Shown: piece after piece, positions 25,819 to 32,000 of the stretch
Numbering within the stretch: position 1 is the stretch's first letter
Layout of the letters: each line of letters starts with the position of its first letter
Origin: Geotalea uraniireducens Rf4
GTDB taxonomy: Bacteria; Desulfobacterota; Desulfuromonadia; Geobacterales; Geobacteraceae
Assembly (NCBI RefSeq): GCF_000016745.1
Contig: NC_009483.1
Span: forward strand, 90,001-122,000
Direction: 5' to 3'
Length of the DNA stretch: 32,000 bases
Program-made: the position numbers and the translations under genes
The notes under the pieces: generated by a model
The model's database searches: none
Told to the model about the DNA's origin: nothing
What the model saw: only the letters and a program-made list of their open reading frames with translations

Positions 25819-25848
25819 AGCCCCGGTTCCGTTTGGAGCCGGGGCTTT
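25819..25848. terminator. Rho-independent, probably bidirectional terminator
   Basis: AGCCCCGGTTCC-gttt-GGAGCCGGGGCT forms a 12-bp stem with one G-T pair. It is followed by TTTCTGTT on the plus strand and preceded by AAAAAA, which reads as a U-tract for minus-strand transcripts. It lies between the convergent cytochrome operon and the minus-strand gene 25981-26289. Confidence 0.75.
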
Positions 25849-25980
25849 CTGTTGAAGCAGCATGCAGTCTTCCCCCTCAGGCGATTTCTTACTGCCTGTT
25901 TTCAGAGACTGAACCCGTTTTTAGTGTTCCGGCTGCACGCCGGGTTTAACGCGCTCCCGTCTCATACACCGTGCATTTGA

Positions 25981-26289
25981 CTAGCTCCGACTGCAAGCCG
26001 GAAGACCATATTTCTGTGCAACGACATTGATCTTGTCTTTAAGATCTTTCAGTTCCGTCTCAAGCACGCTTACTTTGCGGATATCGATACCCTCATACGT
26101 GTATTGTTTCCGAAGTTCGATATCCTTGGCTTTTAACGCGCTGGTCAGGGCGGCAGTTTCTTGGATAAACTGCTGGACGGCCTGTTTGTCGGCACATTTA
26201 CCGCATGAGTCGACGGCTGAAGCCGATAACGCACCGAATGAGAGCATCCCTGCCGCCACTGCAATCCCGACTATCATGTTCTTTTTCAT
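25981..26289 (-). CDS. Small secreted protein (102 aa), signal peptide plus coiled-coil, N-terminal CxxC and one C-terminal Cys; function unknown
   Basis: ATG at 26287-26289 on the minus strand with AAGGAGAA upstream. MKKNMIVGIAVAAGMLSFGALSASA|VDS is a Sec signal peptide. The mature part is heptad-like (..ALKAKDIELRKQ..LETELKDLKDKINVV..). I recognise no family. Confidence 0.65.
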   Translation of the reverse strand: MKKNMIVGIAVAAGMLSFGALSASAVDSCGKCADKQAVQQFIQETAALTSALKAKDIELRKQYTYEGIDIRKVSVLETELKDLKDKINVVAQKYGLPACSRS

Positions 26290-26550
26290 GTGTTGTTCTC
26301 CTTTTCCTGAAATTTTCTGACAAGGGCCAGATTATGATCATTTATATAACAACATGCGTGCCACATCCGGACAAACATGGTAACATATTGATTGTACGCA
26401 ATAAAACGCCTTTGGCCGTCACGGGGGTTGATTGTTTTGGTAATGAATATGCTACATGGCCCCTCTGAAATCGGGGGATTTTCTGCAGTTACCCGTCAAG
26501 CGCAGCATGATGTGCTACGTTCAAAAGCTGCATTGGATTGAGCAAGGGGG

Positions 26551-27519
26551 ATGCTGGTGAGCAAACAAAACGGATCCAGGAACAAGATCATTGTTCTGGC
26601 GAGTGTAATTGGGATAATCGCCCTGCTGCATTATCTGACGCCGACCGAGCCCCATGCATATCACAAGCTGCACATCATTCTGAGGAAGCTCTACTTCCTC
26701 CCGCCGGTCATGGCAGCGGCCTGGTTCGGGCTAAGGGGTGCATGTGCAACGGCTTTGGCCGTGAGCCTGCTCTTTATCATGCATGCGTTTCTGGATTGGC
26801 CGGGCAATTACATGGAACAGGCAAACCAGGTGGGAGAGCTGGCGGGATTCTGGGTGGCGGGTGTCATCCCTGGCTGGCTGTTCGACCGGCAACGGTCACT
26901 TCTTCAGGAACTTGCCAATGCCAATGAGGAGACCCTTCTCTGCCTGGTCTCGGCGCTGGATCTCCGCGAGCACAACACCCGCCTGCATTCTCAACGGGTG
27001 AGGGAATATACCGAGTTGATCGCCAGCCGATTTGGCGTTGATGAAAAGACGCGCCGGGAGATAGGTTTCGGGGCTTTGCTGCACGATGTCGGGAAGATGG
27101 CGGTGCCGGACCAGATTCTCTTGAAGCCCGACAAGCTGACGGATGAGGAATGGCAGGAGATGCGCAAGCACCCTGAGGCAGGATACCGCATTGTAAAACG
27201 CATAGGTTTCCTCAGGGACGCGGCGGAGATAGTTCATGCCCACCACGAGCGGTATGACGGTGGAGGATATCCCCGCGGTCTGAAGGGAGACGAAATCCCT
27301 CTGGGGGCACGGCTGTTCATGGTGGCTGACGTCTACGATGCATTGACGTCACAGCGCCCCTATAGATCGCCCCTGTCACATGAAGAGGCGGCGGCTGAAA
27401 TTCGCAAACAGAGCGGATATCACTTTGATCCGGCGGTGGTAGCAACATTTATGGCAATAGCACCAGAAGAGCTGCGGTTGATTGCAGAACGCTATTGGAA
27501 CGGAGAATTGCCCGACTAA
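26551..27519 (+). CDS. Membrane-bound HD-GYP domain protein (putative c-di-GMP phosphodiesterase) with an uncharacterised multi-TM N-terminal module
   Basis: ATG 26551 follows AAGGGGG. The C-terminal part has ..HSQRV..LLHDVGKMAVPD.IL.KP.KLT..E...M.KHP..G......HAHHERYDGGGYPRGLKG..IPL.AR...VADVYDALTS.RPYR, which are the HD and GYP signatures. The N-terminal ~115 aa are hydrophobic (about 3-4 TM). Confidence 0.88.
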   Translation: MLVSKQNGSRNKIIVLASVIGIIALLHYLTPTEPHAYHKLHIILRKLYFLPPVMAAAWFGLRGACATALAVSLLFIMHAFLDWPGNYMEQANQVGELAGFWVAGVIPGWLFDRQRSLLQELANANEETLLCLVSALDLREHNTRLHSQRVREYTELIASRFGVDEKTRREIGFGALLHDVGKMAVPDQILLKPDKLTDEEWQEMRKHPEAGYRIVKRIGFLRDAAEIVHAHHERYDGGGYPRGLKGDEIPLGARLFMVADVYDALTSQRPYRSPLSHEEAAAEIRKQSGYHFDPAVVATFMAIAPEELRLIAERYWNGELPD

Positions 27520-27560
27520 ATCGACATAGATCTGCATAACCTTCCTCAATCCACGCAGTA

Positions 27561-27595
27561 GAATATTCCCCACCCCACTTCGAATATTCTCCACC
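27561..27595 (+). promoter_or_regulatory. Two 14-nt direct repeats GAATATTCYCCACC spaced 21 nt apart (candidate enhancer/UAS for a sigma-54 activator)
   Basis: gaatattccccacc is at 27561-27574 and gaatattctccacc at 27582-27595. Each begins with the 8-bp palindrome GAATATTC. The centre-to-centre distance of 21 nt is about two helical turns. The repeats lie 83-117 nt upstream of the -24 element at 27678. Confidence 0.45.
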
Positions 27596-27677
27596 AATTT
27601 GAACAATCAAAGTAAAATCTCATAAGCCCACATGACAATAAGCTGTAATATCAGCATGTTAGAGGTGCTGGATTGTT

Positions 27678-27692
27678 TGGCACGACATTTGA
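27678..27692 (+). promoter_or_regulatory. Candidate sigma-54 promoter for the HMA/DUF2318/ABC/two-component operon
   Basis: TTGGCACGACATTTGAT compared with the consensus YTGGCACGrNNNTTGCW. The -24 half is perfect with correct spacing, and the -12 half is TTGA instead of TTGC. It sits 39 nt upstream of GTG 27731, leaving room for a short leader with GGAGG at 27720-27724. Confidence 0.5.
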
Positions 27693-27730
27693 TATAACTT
27701 TGTTGTCGATGTAAGGATCGGAGGTTTGTC

Positions 27731-28162
27731 GTGAACGCAAAAAGAATATCTACCTCGCTTCTCGTCATCGCGGCCGTTACTGTCTTGGTGGTTTTTGCAT
27801 TTCGTGTCAGGATCGGCGCAACAGCGGACTCCGTTGCCGTTCTGAGGACAACCGGCATGACCTGCGGCAGTTGCTCAAGCAAAATCGCAAAAGCACTTGA
27901 GTCGTTGAAAGGTGTCGCGGTTACCGAGGTGGACGTTGAGGGCGGTTGGGTGGTCGTGGGCTATGACACAAAGGCGGTCAAGCCGGAGGCCCTGGCCGAG
28001 AAGGTCAGCGGCGCCGGCTTTGGCAGTAATGTGCATCTGGTACTGACACCGGCGCGGTTCAAGCAGATGACCGGCAGGGATATCGGCATGAACGCCTCGC
28101 CTTCGGGGGGCTGCGGTGGTTGCGGCACCAAAGGCGGCTGCGGCACTAAAAAACAAAGCTGA
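27731..28162 (+). CDS. Membrane-anchored heavy-metal-associated (HMA) domain protein, MerP/CopZ-like, with a Gly/Cys-rich C-terminal tail
   Basis: GTG 27731 with GGAGG 6 nt upstream. N-terminal MNAKR plus TM (ISTSLLVIAAVTVLVVFAF). The HMA fold motif is LRTTGMTCGSCSSKIAKALESLKGV..VDVEGG.VVV. The tail is ..SPSGGCGGCGTKGGCGTKKQS. Confidence 0.85.
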   Translation: MNAKRISTSLLVIAAVTVLVVFAFRVRIGATADSVAVLRTTGMTCGSCSSKIAKALESLKGVAVTEVDVEGGWVVVGYDTKAVKPEALAEKVSGAGFGSNVHLVLTPARFKQMTGRDIGMNASPSGGCGGCGTKGGCGTKKQS

Positions 28163-28169
28163 ATACACC

Positions 28170-28188
28170 TTCTGCAAAAAATGCAGAA
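28170..28188 (+). terminator. Weak AT-rich hairpin between the HMA and DUF2318 genes (possible intra-operon attenuator)
   Basis: TTCTGCA-aaaaa-TGCAGAA forms a perfect 7-bp stem, followed by AATATTTT. The stem is short and AT-rich, so termination efficiency is doubtful. Confidence 0.25.
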
Positions 28189-28219
28189 AATATTTTCCAA
28201 CTTACTAAAGGAGACTGAA

Positions 28220-28684
28220 ATGGCAACAAATCGCACGAAACAGGTTGTATGGGGAGGTATTGTTACTGTGGCGCTGTTGGTTGGAGCAGTCAGTGTATTT
28301 GCCTTTTCGTTGGGGAAATATGAAAAGGTCAGGACGAATGGCGGTGTCGTATCGATACCTGTTGCCAAGCTGTCCGACGGCAAGGTCCGATTTTACAAAT
28401 TCGAGGACGGCGGTAAGGAGATCGACTTTTTCGCCGTCAAGGCGCCCGACGGCAGCTACAAGACAGCCTTCGATGCCTGCGACGCCTGTTATCGAGCCAA
28501 AAAGGGCTATGAGCAGCAGGGGGACAAGATGAACTGCAAAAACTGCAACCAGAAGTTTGCCATCAACCGCCTCGGTCCCAACGCCACCGGCGGCTGCAAT
28601 CCCGGCTACCTGCCGCACCAGCTGAACGGCAACACCATTTCGATCAAGGTCAATGACCTGAAGGGTGGGGCGAGGTACTTCTAA
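28220..28684 (+). CDS. DUF2318-like membrane-anchored protein with a CxxC-X15-CxxC metal-binding knuckle
   Basis: ATG 28220 is preceded by AAAGGAG (28208-28214). The listed start at 28181 has no RBS. The protein has a single N-terminal TM (VVWGGIVTVALLVGAVSVFAF). It then reads ..VRFYKF..GGKEIDFFAVKAPDGSYKTAFDACDACYRAKKGYEQQGDKMNCKNCNQKF....GGCNP, the pattern I associate with DUF2318 (from memory). The stop overlaps the next start (TAATG). Confidence 0.75.
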   Translation: MATNRTKQVVWGGIVTVALLVGAVSVFAFSLGKYEKVRTNGGVVSIPVAKLSDGKVRFYKFEDGGKEIDFFAVKAPDGSYKTAFDACDACYRAKKGYEQQGDKMNCKNCNQKFAINRLGPNATGGCNPGYLPHQLNGNTISIKVNDLKGGARYF

Positions 28685-29844
28685 TGAAACTGCACACCAT
28701 ATCCATCAACAACCTTAAGCGTCGTAAGGCCAAAATGGCATTTTTGACCATCGGCCTGATGGTGGGAATCGCCACCATCGTCACCCTGGTGACCCTGACC
28801 CGCTCCATGTCCAGCGACATCGAACGCAAGATGGACGAGTTCGGCGCTAATATCCTTGTCACCCCCCAGAGCAACGGCCTGGCCATGAACTACGGCGGCA
28901 TCAGCCTGGGCGGAGTGACCTTCGATCAGCGCGAGATCCGCGAAGAGGATCTGGCAAAGATCAAGACCATCAGCAACAGCAAGAACATCTCGGCCATCGC
29001 GCCAAAGGTGCTGGGGGGGATCAAGGTTGGGAGCCGCGACGTACTGCTGGTAGGGGTCAACTTTGATAGCGAGCTGAAGATGAAGCAGTGGTGGAAGATC
29101 TTCGGTGATGCTCCCAAAGGTGACAACGAGGTGTTGCTGGGCAGCGACGCATCCAAGGTGCTCGATGCCGGTTCCGGTGACAGCATCAAGATAAAGAACG
29201 AAACCTTCAAGGTCGCGGGTGTGCTTGACCAGACCGGCTCCCAGGATGATTCGCTCGTCTTTGCATCACTAGGTAAAGCCCAGAAACTGCTCGGCAAGGA
29301 GGGCAAAATAACCCTGGCCGAGGTGGCGGCCCTCTGTTCCGGTTGCCCCATCGGCGACATGGTGACCCAGATCGCCGAGAAGTTGCCCGACGCCAAGGTG
29401 TCGGCCATCCAGCAGGTGGTGGAGGGGCGCCTCAAGGCCTTGGACCAGTTCAAGCGCTTTTCCTACGCCATGGCCGGCGTGGTGGTATTCATCGGCTCGC
29501 TGATCGTCTTCGTTACCATGATGGGGAGTGTCAACGAGCGGACCACCGAAATCGGCGTCTTTCGCGCCATAGGTTTCAGAAAGAGTCACATCATGCGGAT
29601 CATCCTGCTGGAAGCCGCCCTGGTCAGCCTGCTGGCCGGCTTTCTGGGCTATGCCGTCGGCATGGGGGGGGCCAAACTGGCCCTGCCGTTCATGGCGGAG
29701 AGCAAGAATGCCCACCTGATCTGGGACTCGACCGTGGCCTTTGGTTCAATCGGGCTTGCTCTGACGCTGGGCCTTTTGGCGAGCCTCTACCCGGCGCTGC
29801 ACGCCAGCAGGATGGACCCAACGGAAGCTTTAAGGGCATTGTAG
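28684..29844 (+). CDS. ABC transporter permease, FtsX/MacB type (4 TM with a large periplasmic loop)
   Basis: N-terminal ..NNLKRRKAKMAFLTIGLMVGIATIV (TM1) is followed by a ~220-aa soluble loop. The C-terminal FtsX core is ..FRAIGFRKSHIMRIILLEAALVSLLAGFLGYAVG... Stop is TAG at 29842-29844. Confidence 0.88.
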   Translation: MKLHTISINNLKRRKAKMAFLTIGLMVGIATIVTLVTLTRSMSSDIERKMDEFGANILVTPQSNGLAMNYGGISLGGVTFDQREIREEDLAKIKTISNSKNISAIAPKVLGGIKVGSRDVLLVGVNFDSELKMKQWWKIFGDAPKGDNEVLLGSDASKVLDAGSGDSIKIKNETFKVAGVLDQTGSQDDSLVFASLGKAQKLLGKEGKITLAEVAALCSGCPIGDMVTQIAEKLPDAKVSAIQQVVEGRLKALDQFKRFSYAMAGVVVFIGSLIVFVTMMGSVNERTTEIGVFRAIGFRKSHIMRIILLEAALVSLLAGFLGYAVGMGGAKLALPFMAESKNAHLIWDSTVAFGSIGLALTLGLLASLYPALHASRMDPTEALRAL

Positions 29845-29915
29845 GGGCAGGTCTTGTACCTGCCCGAAGGCGGGCGCCCACAAGGGGACGCCCCTACAAT
29901 AGGTACAACCTGCCG
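29841..29915. repeat. REP doublet (REPIN/BIME-like): two inverted GTAG-headed palindromes plus a degenerate third copy
   Basis: REP-A on the plus strand, 29841-29865: GTAG-GGGCAGGT-cttgt-ACCTGCCC, a perfect 8-bp stem. REP-B on the minus strand, 29872-29897, reads GTAG-GGGCGTCC-ccttgt-GGGCGCCC. The two share the head GTAGGGGC and the loop CTTGT, and are tail-to-tail with a 6-nt spacer. ggtacaacctgcc (29902-29914) is a partial inverted copy of the REP-A stem-loop. Confidence 0.8.
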
Positions 29916-29948
29916 TTTCATGCGACAGTTGAAGTTTGAGAGGACATT

Positions 29949-30635
29949 ATGGCACTTATCGAGATTAAAAACGTGAAGAAACACTATACCAGCGGCGATG
30001 ATGTGGTCGAAGCGCTGCGTGGTGTGGACATAACCATTGAGGCTGGTGAATTCATCACCATCATGGGACAGTCCGGTTCCGGCAAGAGTACCCTGCTGTC
30101 CGTACTGGGGGGAATGAACCATCCCACAACGGGAGACGTGGAGATGGCCGGGGTCAAGCTGTATCAACTCCCCGGCGAAAAACTGGCCGACTTCCGGGCG
30201 CAAAACCTGGGGTTTGTGTTCCAGTCATTCCACCTGATCCCTTATCTGACCGCCATCGAGAATGTCATGCTGCCGCTGGCCATCGTCAAGACGAGCACAC
30301 CGGCAAAAAAGACCGCCGCCCGGCAGGCCCTCGAACGGGTCGGTCTCGGCACCAAGCTGGACCGTCTCCCCAACCAGCTCTCCGGAGGAGAACAGGAACG
30401 GGTGGCCATTGCCCGGGCCATCGTCAATAATCCCCACATACTCCTTGCGGACGAACCGACCGGCAACCTGGATTCAAAGACCAGCGAGGAGGTTATGGCG
30501 CTCTTCCGTGAACTGAACGACGCCGGCCAAACCGTTGTCATGGTAACGCATAACCCTGAGAACGGAACTTATTCCGATCGAACCATCAGCTTGAAGGACG
30601 GCATGGTAATGAATCAGGTGCTTGGCTGCAATTGA
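29949..30635 (+). CDS. ABC transporter ATP-binding protein (MacB/LolD-like)
   Basis: ATG 29949 with GAGAGGA upstream. Walker [10 protein letters not shown], signature [14 protein letters not shown], Walker [13 protein letters not shown] and H-loop VTHN are all present. Confidence 0.92.
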   Translation: MALIEIKNVKKHYTSGDDVVEALRGVDITIEAGEFITIMGQSGSGKSTLLSVLGGMNHPTTGDVEMAGVKLYQLPGEKLADFRAQNLGFVFQSFHLIPYLTAIENVMLPLAIVKTSTPAKKTAARQALERVGLGTKLDRLPNQLSGGEQERVAIARAIVNNPHILLADEPTGNLDSKTSEEVMALFRELNDAGQTVVMVTHNPENGTYSDRTISLKDGMVMNQVLGCN

Positions 30636-30704
30636 ACAGTAGAGTGGTAAGCGTTATTGATTGGATGGAATTGTCGTCATTGGTGAGGGGTATGTAAAAA
30701 TCGC

Positions 30705-31823
30705 ATGGAAAAATCATCAATAGTCCGGCCACTTATTCTAATATCCTTCATTATTGGTATCAGCTTACTGCACTATTTGACGCCGCTTCATCTCCCCTAT
30801 CTGCATGCCATCTTCCAACGTTTCTACTATCTGCCGATCATCCTGGCTGCTCTCTGGTATGGCTTTCGTGGCGGATTGCTCTGCTCGCTCATCGTCAGTG
30901 TCGCCTATGCCCCCCATCTGCTTTTTCAGTGGGGTGGATGCCTGACCATGGAGATGGAAAAATACCTGGAGATCTTACTTTACAATACGGTCGGCGGAGT
31001 GACCGGCCTGCTGTCGCAACGGGAGCGGGAGCGGACGGTAGAACTCCAGAGAACCGCCCGGGGTCTTGAGGAGTCCTACCAGAAACTGCAATATCAATCG
31101 GAGCGGATCATCGTCATTGAAGAGCAATTGCGTCGCGCGGAGAAGTTGTCCACCCTGGGAGAGATGGCGGCGGTTTTGGCTCACGAGATCCGCAATCCAC
31201 TCGGTTCCATACGAGGAACTGCCGAAATCCTGAAGGACGATTACAATCCGGGGGATCCCAAGCATGAGTTCATCGAGATCCAGATCAAGGAGACGGAACG
31301 GCTTAATCGGGTTGTTGAGGATTTTCTTCACATGGCGCGGCCGCAACCTGCTGACCTGCGGCCATGCCCGGTCCAGGATGAACTGGAAACAATAGTGACC
31401 CTGGTAGCGAACGATGCCCGGGATCGGCAGATCAAACTCGTGTTGCAACCGCCACCTTTCCCGGTGATCATCCGCGCCGATGGCGAGAAGCTTCGCCAGG
31501 CCTTTCTGAACATCATCATCAACGCCTTGCAGGCCACGCCGCCAAGTGGCAGCGTAATAATCTCCACAACGATTTATCAGGCAGCATTATGTGAGATCCG
31601 TTTCCGTGATAGCGGTCCAGGGATTGATGCAGAGACGCTGGGGCGGATATTCGAGCCCTTTTTTACCACCAAGCCGGACGGAACCGGACTGGGACTGGCG
31701 ATCACCAGAAAAATTATCGAGAGTCATGGCGGCACGATGATGGTCGAGAGTGAGTCAGGGCACGGCACAACCGTTACGGTCAGATTGCCGATGCAGGATG
31801 AAGCTGGCGGAGGAGCACTTTGA
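30705..31823 (+). CDS. Membrane sensor histidine kinase (HisKA + HATPase_c) whose N-terminal multi-TM module is homologous to that of the HD-GYP protein
   Basis: H-box LGEMAAVLAHEIRNPLGSI, N-box FLNIIINALQA, G1 FRDSGPGI and G2 GTGLGLAITRKIIE. The N-terminal ~110 aa are hydrophobic. The TGA stop overlaps the next TTG start (TTGA). Confidence 0.9.
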   Translation: MEKSSIVRPLILISFIIGISLLHYLTPLHLPYLHAIFQRFYYLPIILAALWYGFRGGLLCSLIVSVAYAPHLLFQWGGCLTMEMEKYLEILLYNTVGGVTGLLSQRERERTVELQRTARGLEESYQKLQYQSERIIVIEEQLRRAEKLSTLGEMAAVLAHEIRNPLGSIRGTAEILKDDYNPGDPKHEFIEIQIKETERLNRVVEDFLHMARPQPADLRPCPVQDELETIVTLVANDARDRQIKLVLQPPPFPVIIRADGEKLRQAFLNIIINALQATPPSGSVIISTTIYQAALCEIRFRDSGPGIDAETLGRIFEPFFTTKPDGTGLGLAITRKIIESHGGTMMVESESGHGTTVTVRLPMQDEAGGGAL

Positions 31824-32000
31824 AAGCGAAGATACTTGTAATTGACGATGATAGCTCGTTGCGGCGTGTGTTGGAATACAATCTCCAGGAGGAAGGCTAC
31901 GAGGTCCAGGCAGCCTCATCGGGTGAGGAAGGCTTGTATCTGTTCGGACAGTCCCGACCCAGCCTGGTCATCACCGACATGAAAATGTCCGGCATGGATG
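31820..32000 (+). CDS. Response regulator, receiver domain only (3'-truncated by the window edge; possibly NtrC-type)
   Basis: My own translation from TTG 31820 (GGAGGAG at 31809-31815) gives LKAKILVIDDDSSLRRVLEYNLQEEGYEVQAASSGEEGLYLFGQSRPSLVITDMKMSGMD. This is the canonical receiver pattern (DD...D..MP/SGMDG). The ORF is absent from the supplied track because fewer than 61 codons fall within the window. The output domain is not visible. Confidence 0.8.
   Translation, partial: MKAKILVIDDDSSLRRVLEYNLQEEGYEVQAASSGEEGLYLFGQSRPSLVITDMKMSGMD

Noticed and set aside
25334-25949. ORFs 25334..25765 + and 25707..25949 + spanning the end of cytochrome 3, the inverted-repeat element and the terminator.
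   Set aside because: They run through a palindromic non-coding element and a terminator hairpin. They have no RBS and their composition is junk-like.
26538-27246. Alternative frames over the HD-GYP gene (26538..26927 +, 26783..27001 +, 26896..27246 -).
   Set aside because: The 26551 frame contains TM helices plus complete HD and GYP signatures. The others are motif-less.
25629-29915. Whether the two repeat elements mark a genomic island or prophage boundary.
   Set aside because: There is no integrase, transposase, tRNA or direct-repeat att-like flank in the window. Gene orientation and composition look continuous by eye. These are treated as isolated small repeats only.
29343-29939. 198-aa ORF 29343..29939 + (and 29690..29881 -, 29787..30203 -) crossing the REP doublet.
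   Set aside because: It is off-frame to the well-supported FtsX permease. The part crossing 29841-29915 (VGAGLVPARRRAPTRGRPYN) is the typical artefactual peptide produced by translating REP palindromes.

Overview
GC-rich chromosomal window that looks Geobacter/Desulfuromonadales-like; this is an inference from gene content, not a search result. All motif counts and identity estimates below were made by hand.

Left to right:
1. The 3' part of a large Ig-like-repeat surface protein.
2. A prpB-prpC-prpD 2-methylcitrate operon, convergent with a cobO-type corrinoid adenosyltransferase.
3. A ~470-nt AT-rich control region.
4. An 18.5-kb operon of three giant paralogous multihaem c-type cytochromes, covering about 58% of the window. 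They are about 2222, 1438 and 2515 aa, with about 56, 35 and 59 CXnCH haem-attachment motifs. They are built from shared N- and C-terminal cap modules and variable numbers of internal tandem modules.
5. A 163-nt inverted-repeat (MITE-like) element fused to the last cytochrome's stop codon, then a bidirectional terminator.
6. A small secreted protein on the minus strand.
7. A putative metal-handling and signalling cluster: an HD-GYP protein, a sigma-54-type promoter with tandem upstream repeats, a membrane-anchored HMA (GMTCxxC) protein, a DUF2318-like CxxC protein, an FtsX/MacB-type permease, a REP doublet, an ABC ATPase, a histidine kinase and the start of a response regulator.

The HD-GYP protein and the kinase share the same uncharacterised membrane N-terminal module. 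I saw no rRNA, tRNA, CRISPR array, transposase or integrase.
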